Shown here one piece after another: positions 11,552-23,800 of a stretch of DNA of 64,000 nt (within the stretch, counting starts at the first letter, position 1; each line of letters opens with the position of its first letter). Made by a program: the position numbers and the translations under genes. Location: contig OY969763.1 of the NCBI GenBank assembly GCA_963702845.1, positions 1,152,001 through 1,216,000 of the forward strand, in the 5' to 3' direction. The DNA comes from an uncultured Verrucomicrobiae bacterium. GTDB lineage: Bacteria > Verrucomicrobiota > Verrucomicrobiia > Limisphaerales > Palsa-1400. The notes below the pieces were generated by a model, which did no database searches, had not been told where the DNA came from, and worked only from the letters and a program-made list of their open reading frames with translations.

Positions 11552-11813
11552 ATCGCCAAGAGAAGCGGGAAGCGCATTGCTGAAACCCCGTGCTACAACT
11601 TCATGTATGTTTATAATCCGAGTTACTGAATTCATTAGCAGCCCGATGTTCGTTTGGTTTCGCTTTGTTTCGCGTGGCTTCGCTAGACGCCTAGCGGCGA
11701 AACGCTCACCCTATTCACACATGACAGAGACATCGCCTTCGACCTTCAACTACCCGTCGTGCCGAAGTCAGACGCAGGCGGATTAACCCTCAACCATCAA
11801 CTAGTTTTAACCA

Positions 11814-12182
11814 ATGCATGCTACAGACACTAAATCCAAGTTTTTCGAACTTCGTGCCAAAGACTGGAGTCTCGCCCGGATTGCAAAACAACTTGATGTC
11901 AGCGTCCGCACGTTAGTCGATTGGAATCTCCAGAGTCGCGACGAGCTGCGAACGCTACGAGCCGTCGAGATCGAGGCGCTCCAGGAGAAACTCCTCGCCA
12001 CTCACGAACACCAGCTCACTACGCTCATTACCCAGCTCAATCGCCTCGACGAACGCATCGCGTTGCAAAAACTGAAATTTGTCGAAACGAAAGATCTCTA
12101 CCGGATTGCCGCATCCGTTCGCGCGCAGGTCCGCCAACTGATGATTCCCATTGAATCCTTCGACCCACCAAAGGAGAAATGA
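11814..12182 (+). CDS. Small helix-turn-helix protein with helical/coiled-coil C-terminus
   Basis: FFELRAKDWSLARIAKQLDVSVRTLVDW is a typical HTH pattern, followed by an amphipathic helical tail; 122 aa. Confidence 0.75.
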   Translation: MHATDTKSKFFELRAKDWSLARIAKQLDVSVRTLVDWNLQSRDELRTLRAVEIEALQEKLLATHEHQLTTLITQLNRLDERIALQKLKFVETKDLYRIAASVRAQVRQLMIPIESFDPPKEK

Positions 12183-12185
12183 AAA

Positions 12186-12747
12186 TTGCACTATTTCTGC
12201 ATCGTTTTTGCATCATTTCCCAAATCGAGGCAGTTACAAAGTGCAGCGGCGGTCACGTTTGGTCACGTTCAGTCATCTTTGGTCACGTGCGCCTATTGGC
12301 TCGCGGCCTTCTTGTCGCGCCGGAGCGCCGCGCGAAGGCGGACGCGCCCGTCGCGCGAAATCCCTTACCGGTCAAATTCGATAAAGAAACGGTAAAGAAA
12401 AAGTAAAGTTTTGCCCCTAGTAAAATGAACACGGTTCAAACGAAAAAACGTACAGAAACTGTACAGAAAGGTTCAGTTTTCGGTCCACGCCTGAAAAACC
12501 GTGAAAAAGGTAACGGGAGGTAATCAGAAGTAATCGGAGGTAATCTCATTGTGCCGCAATCCGTGATCAATATGGAGTTGCACTATTCCTGCATCGTTTT
12601 GCCTCATCTACACTACACCTTCGCGTGCTTCGCCTCCTTGGCGCCCTTCGCGCGAAATGCTTTACCGGTCAAATTTCGGTAAAGAAACGGTAACTTTTTA
12701 GCCTGCTTATGAAAAAACTGAAAAAGGTAACGGGAAGTAATCGGAAG
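12186..12747. repeat. Cluster of 9-11 bp-period tandem arrays, partly duplicated
   Basis: TGCA x3 (12186-12218), GGTCAC x4 (12251-12290), GTAAAG x3 (12379-12410), GTACAG x3 (12449-12480), GGTAA x4 (12509-12547), CTTCGC x4 (12619-12654). Three of the blocks recur at 12578, ~12650-12693 and 12720. Confidence 0.85.
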
Positions 12748-13143
12748 GGCAGGTGATCGCTCCGCGAGAGCCGAAAAACAGCCGTGAATCCGCGGGTTGG
12801 TATCGCATCGCGATAGCAAGAGGTATCCTTTCGGGGAACTGCTCCGACATAAAAACCGAAAAGATCGTTGGAAGCAATCAGAGGTAACCAGAGGCGGCCC
12901 CGATACCGATCGCCATTAACCAACAGTCAAACAAGTGCCTGGAAGCAAGTTAAACGTGAGGACCTATGTAGTTTTATCTCATGGTTTTGCTGATGGTCTG
13001 AATACACTAAGGCTGCATAACCACAAGTCAGTATGCTCGCAAATTTGTCGGGTCATGTACGGTAAAAATGCTTGACGGAATACTGATAAATCTGGCCAAC
13101 TATCCGGAAATGTTTCGGTAACGCAGCGAAAACTAACCCAATT

Positions 13144-15267
13144 ATGACTAACCCAATGATCGCCGTCGGCTCTACGCGCTTATTTACTTCTACTCACCGT
13201 TTTTTGAGCCGGATCGGCTTGTTGACACGGCGAAACGTTCTTTTGCTCGGAATTTTGGCGGCAGGATTTGCTGCAGCATCCGCTTCGGCGCAAACGATTA
13301 TCCAGTATTACGCACTCTCCCCCGCCCATGGCTTTGCGGACGGTTCTATTGCTGATTCTGGCTTCGGCCTAACAGGCGCTCATTGCTCCGCTAGCGGTTG
13401 CGATGCGACGTTGAGCACCCGGTTTTCGACCCTCCTGAACGCGACTAACAAGTTCATTACTATCACCCCGACGCTTGTGGCGGGCACAACCAATACTATT
13501 GAACTCTGCGTCCCGACCAGCGCGGGCAATATCGCAACGAACCTCAACGTCGTTTGGAGTTTTATCAACGCGGACAACACCTCCGGCGGTACTCCAGTTT
13601 TCGATACCAACGCCTATTCGAGCCAGCATTACCTGAATGGGGTAACCAAAACGGACAATACCTGGTATATGGTCGGCACCTTCCGTGCCACCGCCGCTAA
13701 CGTGACGCTGAAAGCTACTTTTGACGACAAGAGCACCCCTACTAATAGCCTTGTTCGCTGGAATGTAGGCGCATACCGCATTACCCCAATCGGCGATTGC
13801 CGCGCAAAGGTGCCTCCATTGAGCAGCATCGATGGTCCGCTGATCGCTGGCCAGACCAACGTCGGCGTGCTGGGCGTCACCAATGGTGCGACTATTGTTT
13901 ACGTTTATGCCAATGGTATTCCGGTTGGTACCAACAGCAGTTTTAATCTCGGAACCAACTTGACCGGCAAAGTCACCGTAAAGACATCTGCCTTAAACAA
14001 AGGCGACGTCATTCAAGCGACCCAGGTCTACAATCCGGGTGCCGGTTGCAGTGCCGTTGAAGGAAATTTGACCAGTGGCGGACCGTTGGTTGGTGGCGGC
14101 GCGAACCCCACGATTCGCATGTGCTTTGAAATTGGAAAAAACACCGGCTTAACCGGCCCTGTCGGCGCGAACGCCGGCGGTGTAGGCTCGCCAGTGTATT
14201 GGATGGGCGCTTATACCCGTGCTCAGGCGACGACGGGTGCATCCTTTCTTGGTGGCGCGACACTTAGTCCGGGCGCGGGTTGGCAAACCGTGACGTTCGA
14301 TAACGGCAATGGCCCAACCTACGATTATAACGATAATACCGTTGGCCCGATCGCCGGATCGTTCGCAGTTTTGTCGGGCGTCGCATTTGCAATGGAAGAC
14401 GACACCGACTCAGGTCCATTCCAAATTTATATCGACAACATTCAGAACGGTTCAAATGTGCTCTTTAATGCTGAAACAAACACGACCGGCAGCACCCCGT
14501 TCTTTAATACCCCCACCGGCTCCGGAAGCTTTGGCGGATACAGCACAGCCGTGAACTTATTGCCCACTCCGAATCTTGCCGTGGTTGTTAATACGAACTC
14601 AGATACCGGAACCAAATCAGCTCTCATCAGCTTCCAGTTTGCTCATAATGTCCTGAATACAACCTGGGCGCATCTGAGCACGAAGACCTTCCCCGAAATC
14701 GATTTGAGCCAGCCTATCAGCATGCGCGTGCTCGTTTTGCCTGTCGGAACGGCCACGAATGCCTTGAACATTCTGTCGCCAACGAAATTGCCCAACGCGA
14801 CCACTCTCGTTGGCAGCTCGACCTCATTTACGATGGTGGGAGCTACGCTCGGTGGAACCGAATCAAGCTCCGTTACTTACCAATGGCAACTCGAGGGAGC
14901 TAACATGAGCGACACGACCACTCCTAACGGCACGGTAATTACCGGTTCGAGCACTTCGACGTTGCAATTGAATAACGCGACCACTGATGTTCAAGGCGCG
15001 ATTACCTGCGTCGTCACTACGACGGCAAGTGGCGCTACCAGCAGCATCTCCGGCAGCCTGGCGGTTGTTACAAGTGTGCCGCCTTCTGCGTTGGCCTATT
15101 CGTGGACATCACCGTCATCGCTATCATTGAGCTGGTCAGCCGGCGTGTTGCAATCCGCCGGCACACTCTTGAGCTCGGGCACGGTATGGACCGACGTTCC
15201 GTCGGCCGCGAGCCCGTATCCCGTCACACTCGGCACCCAGACATTCTACCGCCTGCGCGGACAATAA
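13144..15267 (+). CDS. Secreted Ser/Thr/Gly-rich protein with Ig-like domain
   Basis: Signal peptide ending AAASASA. Ig motif VTYQWQLEG..GAITCVV. Ends TFYRLRGQ. Central region is paralogous to the gene at 17806. Confidence 0.85.
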   Translation: MTNPMIAVGSTRLFTSTHRFLSRIGLLTRRNVLLLGILAAGFAAASASAQTIIQYYALSPAHGFADGSIADSGFGLTGAHCSASGCDATLSTRFSTLLNATNKFITITPTLVAGTTNTIELCVPTSAGNIATNLNVVWSFINADNTSGGTPVFDTNAYSSQHYLNGVTKTDNTWYMVGTFRATAANVTLKATFDDKSTPTNSLVRWNVGAYRITPIGDCRAKVPPLSSIDGPLIAGQTNVGVLGVTNGATIVYVYANGIPVGTNSSFNLGTNLTGKVTVKTSALNKGDVIQATQVYNPGAGCSAVEGNLTSGGPLVGGGANPTIRMCFEIGKNTGLTGPVGANAGGVGSPVYWMGAYTRAQATTGASFLGGATLSPGAGWQTVTFDNGNGPTYDYNDNTVGPIAGSFAVLSGVAFAMEDDTDSGPFQIYIDNIQNGSNVLFNAETNTTGSTPFFNTPTGSGSFGGYSTAVNLLPTPNLAVVVNTNSDTGTKSALISFQFAHNVLNTTWAHLSTKTFPEIDLSQPISMRVLVLPVGTATNALNILSPTKLPNATTLVGSSTSFTMVGATLGGTESSSVTYQWQLEGANMSDTTTPNGTVITGSSTSTLQLNNATTDVQGAITCVVTTTASGATSSISGSLAVVTSVPPSALAYSWTSPSSLSLSWSAGVLQSAGTLLSSGTVWTDVPSAASPYPVTLGTQTFYRLRGQ

Positions 15268-15287
15268 GATTCTGAAAATAGCACAAG

Positions 15288-15316
15288 AAAGCCGGAACGA
15301 TTGTTCCGGCTTTTTT
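15288..15316 (+). terminator. Rho-independent terminator
   Basis: AAAGCCGGAAC-GATT-GTTCCGGCTTTTTT, 20 bp after the stop codon. Confidence 0.85.
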
Positions 15317-15392
15317 GTTGTGCCGATAAATGTCATGTATTCATCCCAAATGCATTGGCGAACGGGATGGCGATCGCTAATGTGACTTACCC

Positions 15393-17448
15393 GTGGACTT
15401 GTTGAACCCGCGCGTCAAACCCAATACCACTACGATCGTCGTGGCACTGATCTGCCTGACGTTGCTCGCGTACGTTCCGCTTTGGCGCTCTGGTTTCATC
15501 AATTACGATGATCCTGACTACGTGACCGAAAACGCGCACGTGACCGCCGGTTTGCATGCCGATTCTGTTCGATGGGCGTTCACAACCTTTCAAGCCGGTA
15601 ACTGGCATCCGCTGACATGGTTGTCGCACATGCTCGACTGCCAGGTGTGGGGGATGAATCCGCTTCCACATCATTTCACCAACCTCGCGTTGCATATTGC
15701 AAATACGTTGCTGCTTTTTGTGCTGATGCGGCGCATGACTGGCGCAAGGTGGACGAGCGGCCTCGTTGCAGCTGTATTCGCGATCCATCCAATGCATGTC
15801 GAATCGGTGGCGTGGATCGCGGAACGGAAGGACGTGCTGTGCGGTCTTTTTTGGATGCTGTCGATGTTGATCTACGTGCGTTACGCCGAAACGAACAACA
15901 CACCGGCGCAGCGCAAATTTTATGTTCTGACGCTTGGTTGTTTTGTGCTTGGACTTTTGTCGAAGCCGATGATCGTCACGTTGCCGTTTGTATTGTTGTT
16001 GATGGATTACTGGCCGTTGCGTCGGTTGAACCATCTCTCTTGGAGACGATGTGCTCTGGAAAAAGTTCCCTTTGTTGCATTGTCCGCAATCGTAAGCGTA
16101 ATCACCGTAATGGCTCAGAATAAGGCCGGCGCTGTCCGGGATTTTGGTGCTTTGCCGCTTGCCACGCGACTTGAAAATGCAGCCGTCGCAATTTTTCGCT
16201 ACATCTACAAACTTCTTTGGCCGGTCGATCTAGCGGTTCTTTATCCCTACGAAAAATGGCCGGCAACTACGATTTTCGCAGCGGTGATTGGTTTTCTTGC
16301 TGTTGTTTTGCTCACACTTGTTGTGCGCAAACGATATCCGTGGTTGGCCTTCGGCTGGTTCTGGTTTGTTGTGTCATTACTGCCGGTCGTCGGCATCGTT
16401 CAGGTCGGCGTGCAATCTATTGCCGACCGTTACACCTACATACCTTCTATCGGGCTGTTTATCGCCGCCTCAATGGCGAGTGCTGAACTTCTGAAAAGGT
16501 TTTCGTCGCTAAGGATTGTTGCCATAGCCGGGACCTGTCTTGCTTTGGCCGCTTGCGGATGGCTCACCTTCAGACAGGTTCAGTACCTGGCGCAATTCTG
16601 AGACCTTGCTCTCGCACACTCTTGCCATCACGAAAAACAATCTGGTCGTGCACAACAACCTTGGATTCTATTTACAGGAACAGGGTAGGTTGGACGAGGC
16701 GCTGGCGCATTTTCAGGTCGCAAAAAAAATCGATAACGAATGTCCTGAAACCCACAACAACCTCGCTTCCGTGTTCATTATTCAAGGCAAGCTGGAAGAA
16801 AGCATTCAGGAATCGTCTTATGCGCTGAAGTTGCGGCCAAAGTTTCCGGAGGCGCAGGTGAACCTGGGGCGCGCATTGTTCTTAAAAGGAGACTGGTCAA
16901 AATCTCTGGAGTTCCTTTCAGCGGCAATCGAGTTGCTGCCGCAAAATGCCACTGCTCACTTTGATCTGGCTGAGGCCTTGATCAAAGAGGGCGAACCTGA
17001 TCAGGCTCGAGTTCATTTCGTCCGCGCTTTGGAGTTGAATCCCACGATGAACGATGCTCGGCTAAAGCTTGCCGCCATTTATGTAGCAAAAGGCGACTTG
17101 GCTTCAGCGGCTGAACAGTACCCGCAGGGTCCTTGTGGAATACCCGAATTCCGTCGAATGTTTGAACAATCTTGCCTGGATCCTGCAACGGCTCGTCAGG
17201 ATAATCTCAGGAATGGCACCGAAGCGGTTAAACTCGTCGAGCGTGTTATGGCGATGGGAGGGACCAACTCTTTTGCCGCTCTCGATACTATGGCCGCTGC
17301 ATACGCCGAGGCTGCGCGGTTTTCGGATGCTGTTCGAGTTATTGACGCGGGCATCCCTCTTGCCGTAGCTGCAAAATCACCAGCGGCAGGACGAATGCGA
17401 ACGCGACGCGAACTTTACCGTAATCAACAACCATATCACGAGCCGTAG
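15393..17448 (+). CDS. TMTC-like GT-C membrane glycosyltransferase with C-terminal TPRs (frameshift ~16587; compensating indels ~17121 and ~17185)
   Basis: NYDDPDYV, NWHPLTWLS, HPMHVESVAWIAERKDVL, SKPMIVTLP, ADRYTYIPS, multiple TM segments, then TPRs (HNNLG..GRLDEA). Confidence 0.85.
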
Positions 17449-17643
17449 TCACTCACTCATCCGAAACGCCTTGCGCTGCTGATACAATTCCATCCACGCG
17501 ATCATCCTTTGTTGAGTCCTTGGCTAACTGTTGCTGAGTTATTAGTTACAACTGTTATCGAACGTTCGATTTTCAATAACAAGTTAGTAACTCCTTGTCC
17601 GTATTCAGCCCGACTCTTTTTCGGGTGTTTTACGTCTTTGTTA

Positions 17644-17672
17644 TTGACACTTTTTGGTGTGAGTGCTGAAAT
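17644..17672 (+). promoter_or_regulatory. Candidate sigma70 promoter for the giant Ig gene
   Basis: TTGACA, 17 bp spacer, then TGAAAT preceded by an extended TG. Confidence 0.4.
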
Positions 17673-17805
17673 ACGCAATCATCATCGGCAATGGAACCCA
17701 ATTCCAGCCGCACTATTGACGTGATTGTTCGCATACGCAAAAGCAAAAATTCTGTCTATCTGCCGTCGTGCAGATGCTGATTTTATTAAGAACCCAAAAC
17801 CCTAT

Positions 17806-20800
17806 ATGAAAACCCTAAATCCTGCTGCACGAGTGCAATTCTGGCCTCGCTTTCTTGTAACCCTCCTCGGGTTGTTTGCTGTAATTTTCGCGATCCCTTC
17901 TGCTCGAGCGGAAATTATCATCATTGAACCGCGCGCCGGTGGTCAGAACAACGCTTTCGTTACTGAAGGCGTCGGCGGCTGGGGGACTTCGTCTGCCACA
18001 ACGCTGCCGACTGGCGGGACGACTTCCCCTTCCGGCACGGCGCCCGGTGCCACTGGCGGAACGATTGGTTCCACGTTCGCCACTGCTTCTGGTGCCACCT
18101 TCTCACTCATCCCGACAGGCTTGCTCGTTGGCGGTGTTTATCAGATCGACAATACCATTCCAAACACAGGAAGTTCAGCGTCGGTGGATACAACCCTTAC
18201 TATCAGCGGTACTGGTTTTACTGGTTTGGGGACTACATTACCAACCACCACCGGACTGTTTCGTAAGCCGGGTTCGACGGGCGGCCCCACTAAGTATAAC
18301 AACTGGGAAACAATTGGAACGTTCACAGCTACGGTCGCCAATCCTACGATCACTTTCACCCACACCGCCGGCACCGTGACCCGCACGTTCGTCGCCTCTA
18401 TGCGCCTCTTGCGCAATGACCCTCGTTCGAATGTGCCGCAATTGAATTCTGCACTAGCACCTATCTATGCCGGTCAGACCACCGTCACTGTGACTGGCGT
18501 TGACCCGACTGCAACCGCGGTGTTTGTCTATACGAACAATAACGGCCTTCATAGCACTTGTATCGGTACTAATAGCGCTCCCGCAGGAGCCTCGTCGGTT
18601 CCGGTCACCGTTTCCCCGCTTGTTAAAGGTCGACGTCTGCAGTTCAGCCAGGTTGTCGGAGGTAACGAAGGGTATCCTGATTCTGGCGGCAACGGTCCCT
18701 TGGTTGGCGGCGGCACTAACGGCTCAGTTCGGATCGTCTCGAACTCATTGGTCTGACCACTGGCGGCGCTGTTGCTACCGATTCAGTTTGGCTCGGTGCT
18801 TCTGGGCGCTCTGGCGGCTTCTTCTCACCCCCTACGGGCGTGTCCGCGGTTGCAACAGTCGGCGCTGGATGGCAAACCTTAACCTTCACTCCAGGCACCA
18901 GCCCTGCATATAACATGTCGCAGGCAACAACTCCAACCGTCGCGACCACCGGCACTTGCTCCTTGCAGGACATCTGGTTTTCTCCCGATGACAGTAACGA
19001 AAGCGGACCTTACACGGTTTATTTCGATAACATCGTCAATGGCAGTCCGCTTTACACTTGGGAAGGCGATATCACGGGCAACAGCGCCCTCATTAATCAA
19101 CCATCCTTCGCTGGAACTGGTAATACGACAATTTATACTTCGCCGGCGGAACTCAACCAATGCCTTTGCGTAAATAGCAATATGGACGTCGGCACCCGCT
19201 GCCAGCGCATGGATTGGCAGTGGCAACTTCCTGGACCTAATGCAATCCGTGGCGTATTGAAAAACAACCTGACCATTAGCCTTAACAAGCCGATAACGAT
19301 CCGCGTCCTCGTTGTACCGCAAACGTTGCCGAACAGCATCAGCTCTGCCGCTCTGTCCTTGAGCCAGCCCGCGAATACCAGCGTCGTCGCTGGCCATACG
19401 GCAACCTTCTCAGTTACTGCCACGACCAACGTCGGTGGCGGAACACTGAGCTACCAATGGAAAAAGAACGGCACCAACATTTCGAGCGCGACCGATTCCA
19501 GCTACAGCATTCCGGCTGTTGTTTCGGGTGACGCCGGTAGTTATACCTGCGCTGTCACCCTCGACACTCCGGCTGCCTCTTCGGTCACCATGCCTGCGAC
19601 CCTGACATTCTTGGATCCGGGTTTCACCACTCAGCCTGTTAATACAACAGTTCCTGCCAGCAGCAATGCCACCTACACTGTCGTCGCCGACGGCAGTGGC
19701 AGTTTGACCTATCAATGGAAAAAACAAGGTACAACCACCTTCACCAATCTGGTTGAAAGCGGTCATTATGTCGGAACGACCACCCCGTCTCTAACTATCG
19801 TGAATTGTCAGGCAGCAGATCGCACCAACTATCAATGCGTTGTCACTGGCTCGGCGGGTTCAGCGACTAGCTCCACTGTGGCGCTGGGAGTTTCTCCCAC
19901 AATTACCAGTCAGCCCGCAAGTGTTACAGCCGGTGCAGGAACAACCGTTCACTACGATGTTACTGCTAACGGCCAGATTACGCTCACATATCAATGGCAA
20001 AAAGGCGGCGTTAACTTGAGCAACGGCGGAAACGTCGCTGGTGCGACAAGTGCCCACCTGACTTTGTCCGGCGTACAGCTCACCGATGTTGGAAGCTATA
20101 CTTGCGGCGTTACAAACGGCGTCGGCGGCGTTCTCACTACTGCGGCCACGCTCACTGTTCTGGATCCTTCAATTAATACTCAACCGATCAGCCAAACCAT
20201 CACTTACGGTGGCTCCACTAACCTTTCGATCGTTGCTGGCGGCGGCACTGCTTTCACCTATCAATGGTACAAAGGTGTTACTCCGTTGAGTGATGGAGGT
20301 CATATTACCGGATCGACTGCTGCATCGCTTACGGTCAGCACCGCTGATTTCAGTGACGATGCGGATTATCATGCGACCGCGACCGATGGAAACGGCACTG
20401 CTACTAGTTCCAATGCTCACCTGACCGTCCGCGATCCTTACATTGCTACGCCCCCGTCCAATGTGCAGGTCGGCGAAGGTACTAATGCCGTGTTTACGGT
20501 TTCAGCTGGTGGCACCATTGTCAATTATCAATGGAAAAAGGGTGGTATTGGCCTTTCAAACGGTGCCCACATCAGCGGTGCCAACAGTGCGAGTCTCACG
20601 ATCATCAGCGCACTCGTGGGTGATAATGACACCTACAGCGTCGTAGCCAGTGGTGTCGGCCCTTCCGAAACAGCGAGCGCCACACTACAAGTATTCGTGA
20701 CGCCCACCATTGCTACCCAGCCGGCGAGTTCCACCGTGAACGCGGGAACGGTCGCATCCTTCTCCGTTGTCGCCAATGGCACTGCTCCATTGTCATATCA

Positions 20801-23800
20801 ATGGAAAAAGCTCGTCAACGGCACTCCTACCGATATCAACAACGGTGCAAACATTTCAGGAGCAACGTCCGCGACATTGTATTTAACTAACGTCGTTAAT
20901 GCTGACGCTACTAATTATCTGGTGGTTGTTACGAATGTGGCCGGCAGCGTCACGAGCGATGGCATTGCCAAACTCACCGTCATTGACCCTGCCGTTAACG
21001 GCCAGCCGGTCAGCCTGACCAGAAACTCTGGCACAACCGCTATCTTCACGGTTAATGTTGGCGGCACTCAGCCGATTACTTATTCCTGGAAGAAAAACGG
21101 CAGCCCACTGGCCGATGGTCCGACCGGCAGCGGAAGCACCGTCTCAGGCGCAAGCACCACCTCTTTGACTATCACGGGTCTTTCAGCCAGCGATGGTGGT
21201 AACTATGATGTCAGCGGCGGAAACAGCGTTGGCATTTACTCCAGCTCTGCCGCTACGTTGACCGTTAATGATCCGGCGATTAATAGCCAACCGATTGCCA
21301 GCCAAACGTTGAACGCAGGTCAGACTGCGACTATGACGGTCGGCGCTTTCGGTAGTGGAACCATTACTTACCAATGGAAGAAAAACGGTGTTAGTCTCGC
21401 AGACGGCCCTGCCGCCGGTGGAGGTGTTATCACCGGATCAACCGCCGCAACTCTCAGCATCTCAAACTTGCGGCTGGCTGATGCCAGTTCCTACACAGTT
21501 GTCGTGTCAGGTAGTGGCCCCTCCGTCACCAGTTCAAATTCAGTTCTCAACGTAATTGATCCTATTATCAGCAGCCAACCCAGCAGCACCTCCGTCGGCG
21601 CTGGCACAAATGCGATCTTCACTGTGGTCGCCATAGGCACGTCACCAACGTATCAATGGAAAAAAGGTGGTGTTGACCTGAGCAATGACAGTCATGTCGT
21701 CGGTGCAACCACCGCAAGCCTCACCTTGGTCAGTTCATCTCAAGCCGATGCAGCTAGCTACAGCGTTGTTGTCAGCGGCGTTGGTGCGCCGGTGACGAGT
21801 GCGAATGCAGTGCTCACCGTTGTCGATCCGCCCTCGATTACGACGCAGCCCCCGGCAGCGACCACCAGGACTGGAGCTGCCAACCACACTATTGCTGTCG
21901 TGGCCACTGGCACGGCGCCTTTGACGTATCACTGGCGCAAGAACGGTGTGAACCTCACCGATAGCGTCCATGCTGGAAGTGCAACCGTGACCAACACCGC
22001 CACAGCTACCCTCGGTTTGAATGGCGTGCAACTTTCCGATGCGGGCTCATATGATTGCGTCATTAGCAACCCGGCTGGAACGGTAACCAGCAGCGCCCAG
22101 GTGCTGAGCCTGCAGTTCACCGTTGCTGCCGTAGCGGCTGGTCTGCCTTCCGGTTCGGTCACGATTGTCCGCTCCCCAAGCGCAAGCACTGTAGCTGCCA
22201 ATACCAGCATCACGATCACGGCGACGTTGAACAAACCTAACTTCGCCTTCAACGGTTGGACCGGCACCGCTACCTCCGCCGGCACGATCGCGCAGATTGA
22301 TACCAATCTCACGTCCATCACATTCACACTCACCAACAATACGTCGTTGACCGCGAATTACCTCAGCACTGTCTCTGACCTGATCCTCGACAACGACGAT
22401 CCGACCAACCATGTCGGTAACAACATGGTTACCTTCCTGCCTTCAGGGTACTGACTGGAGCATTGGAACATCGTCGGTTGACAAGTTCGGTGCGGACTAT
22501 CGTTTTACCTCCACCGCCGCGAGCAATACACGCACTTCGACGTATGCACCCAACGTCCTCACTGCTGGTAACTACGATGTGTATGAATGGCACACGGCCG
22601 GCGGCAACCGTTCGACCGCGGCACCATGGACCATTTCAACGCCCAGTACCAATGTGACCGTCGCAGTCGACCAAAGTAGTTTAGGTGGTCAATGGATCAA
22701 GTTGGTAAGTGGCGCTTACTTCGCAGCCGGCAGCAGTGCAACTGTTTCTTTGCGCAACGGCACCGGCGAAAGCCTCCTCACCGTAATTGCTGACGGTATA
22801 CGCTTGGCTTATTCCACGAACCGTCAGGATTCGGCTCCTGCGATTACCGCTCAGCCGGTCAGCACGAACAAAAACTTCGGCGATAATGCCATCCTGAACG
22901 TTACAGCCACCGGCACCGCTCCATTGACCTACCAATGGCAAAAGAACGGCGCAGACCTCTCCAACACGGGTAACATCACCGGTGCAACCACCCCTCATTT
23001 GACGATCTCGGGGGTTACGGTTGCTGATGTCGCCAGCTACACGGTCGTGGTAAGCAACTGGGTAAGTACTTTAACCAGTTCGGCTGCAACGCTGACGGTA
23101 AATGATCCTGCGATTACATCGCAACCCACCGGCACTACCGTTGAGTGCGGTGCTAACGGCAATCTTACTGTCGCCGCAATCGGCACCGGTTTAACCTATC
23201 AATGGTATACACCAGACGCCAACGGGACTGCTGTCTCTGGTCAGACAACGGCAACACTGACTGCTGTGGCCCATGGCACGACAGCTTACGTCTGCGTTGT
23301 CTCCGCCTCCACCGGCGGCACGGCTACTAGCAGCAGCGCCACCGTTACTGCCCACGATACAATTGTTCCGTCCATCACGGTTAATAGCGGCCCGAGTACA
23401 GGTCTGTCTCGGCAGCTCGTATTCAGATCCGGGAGCAACAGCCAGTGACGTCTGCGATGGCTCTGTGATCGTTGGCACTACTGGCTCGGTCAATACGAGC
23501 ACGGTTGGAGGTTACGTACTAACCTACGGCGCGACCGACTTGAGCGGCAACCATTCATCTGCAACGCGATTCGTCAGCGTTGTTGCCTGTGCAGCGGTGA
23601 TTACAACCCAGCCACAATCGCAAACAGTCCCTGCCAGTGGCACACTCAACCTGAGCGTCGTCGCAACCGGTTCTGGTCTTGCTTACCAATGGAACTTTAA
23701 TGGCACCCCGATTCTGAATGCGACGAACTCGACATTCACCAAAACAAACATGACTCCATCCGACGCTGGTGATTACACAGTTGATGTGACGTTGAGTGTT

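Noticed and set aside
11814..12182. Prophage (small terminase-like gene)
   Set aside because: No other phage genes in the window.
12186..12747. Possible CRISPR array
   Set aside because: Units are 9-11 bp with no constant 25-40 bp repeat or unique spacers, and no cas genes are present.
18740..23450. Programmed frameshifting or phase variation in the giant Ig gene
   Set aside because: No long slippery tracts at the breaks, and the same indel pattern affects housekeeping genes.
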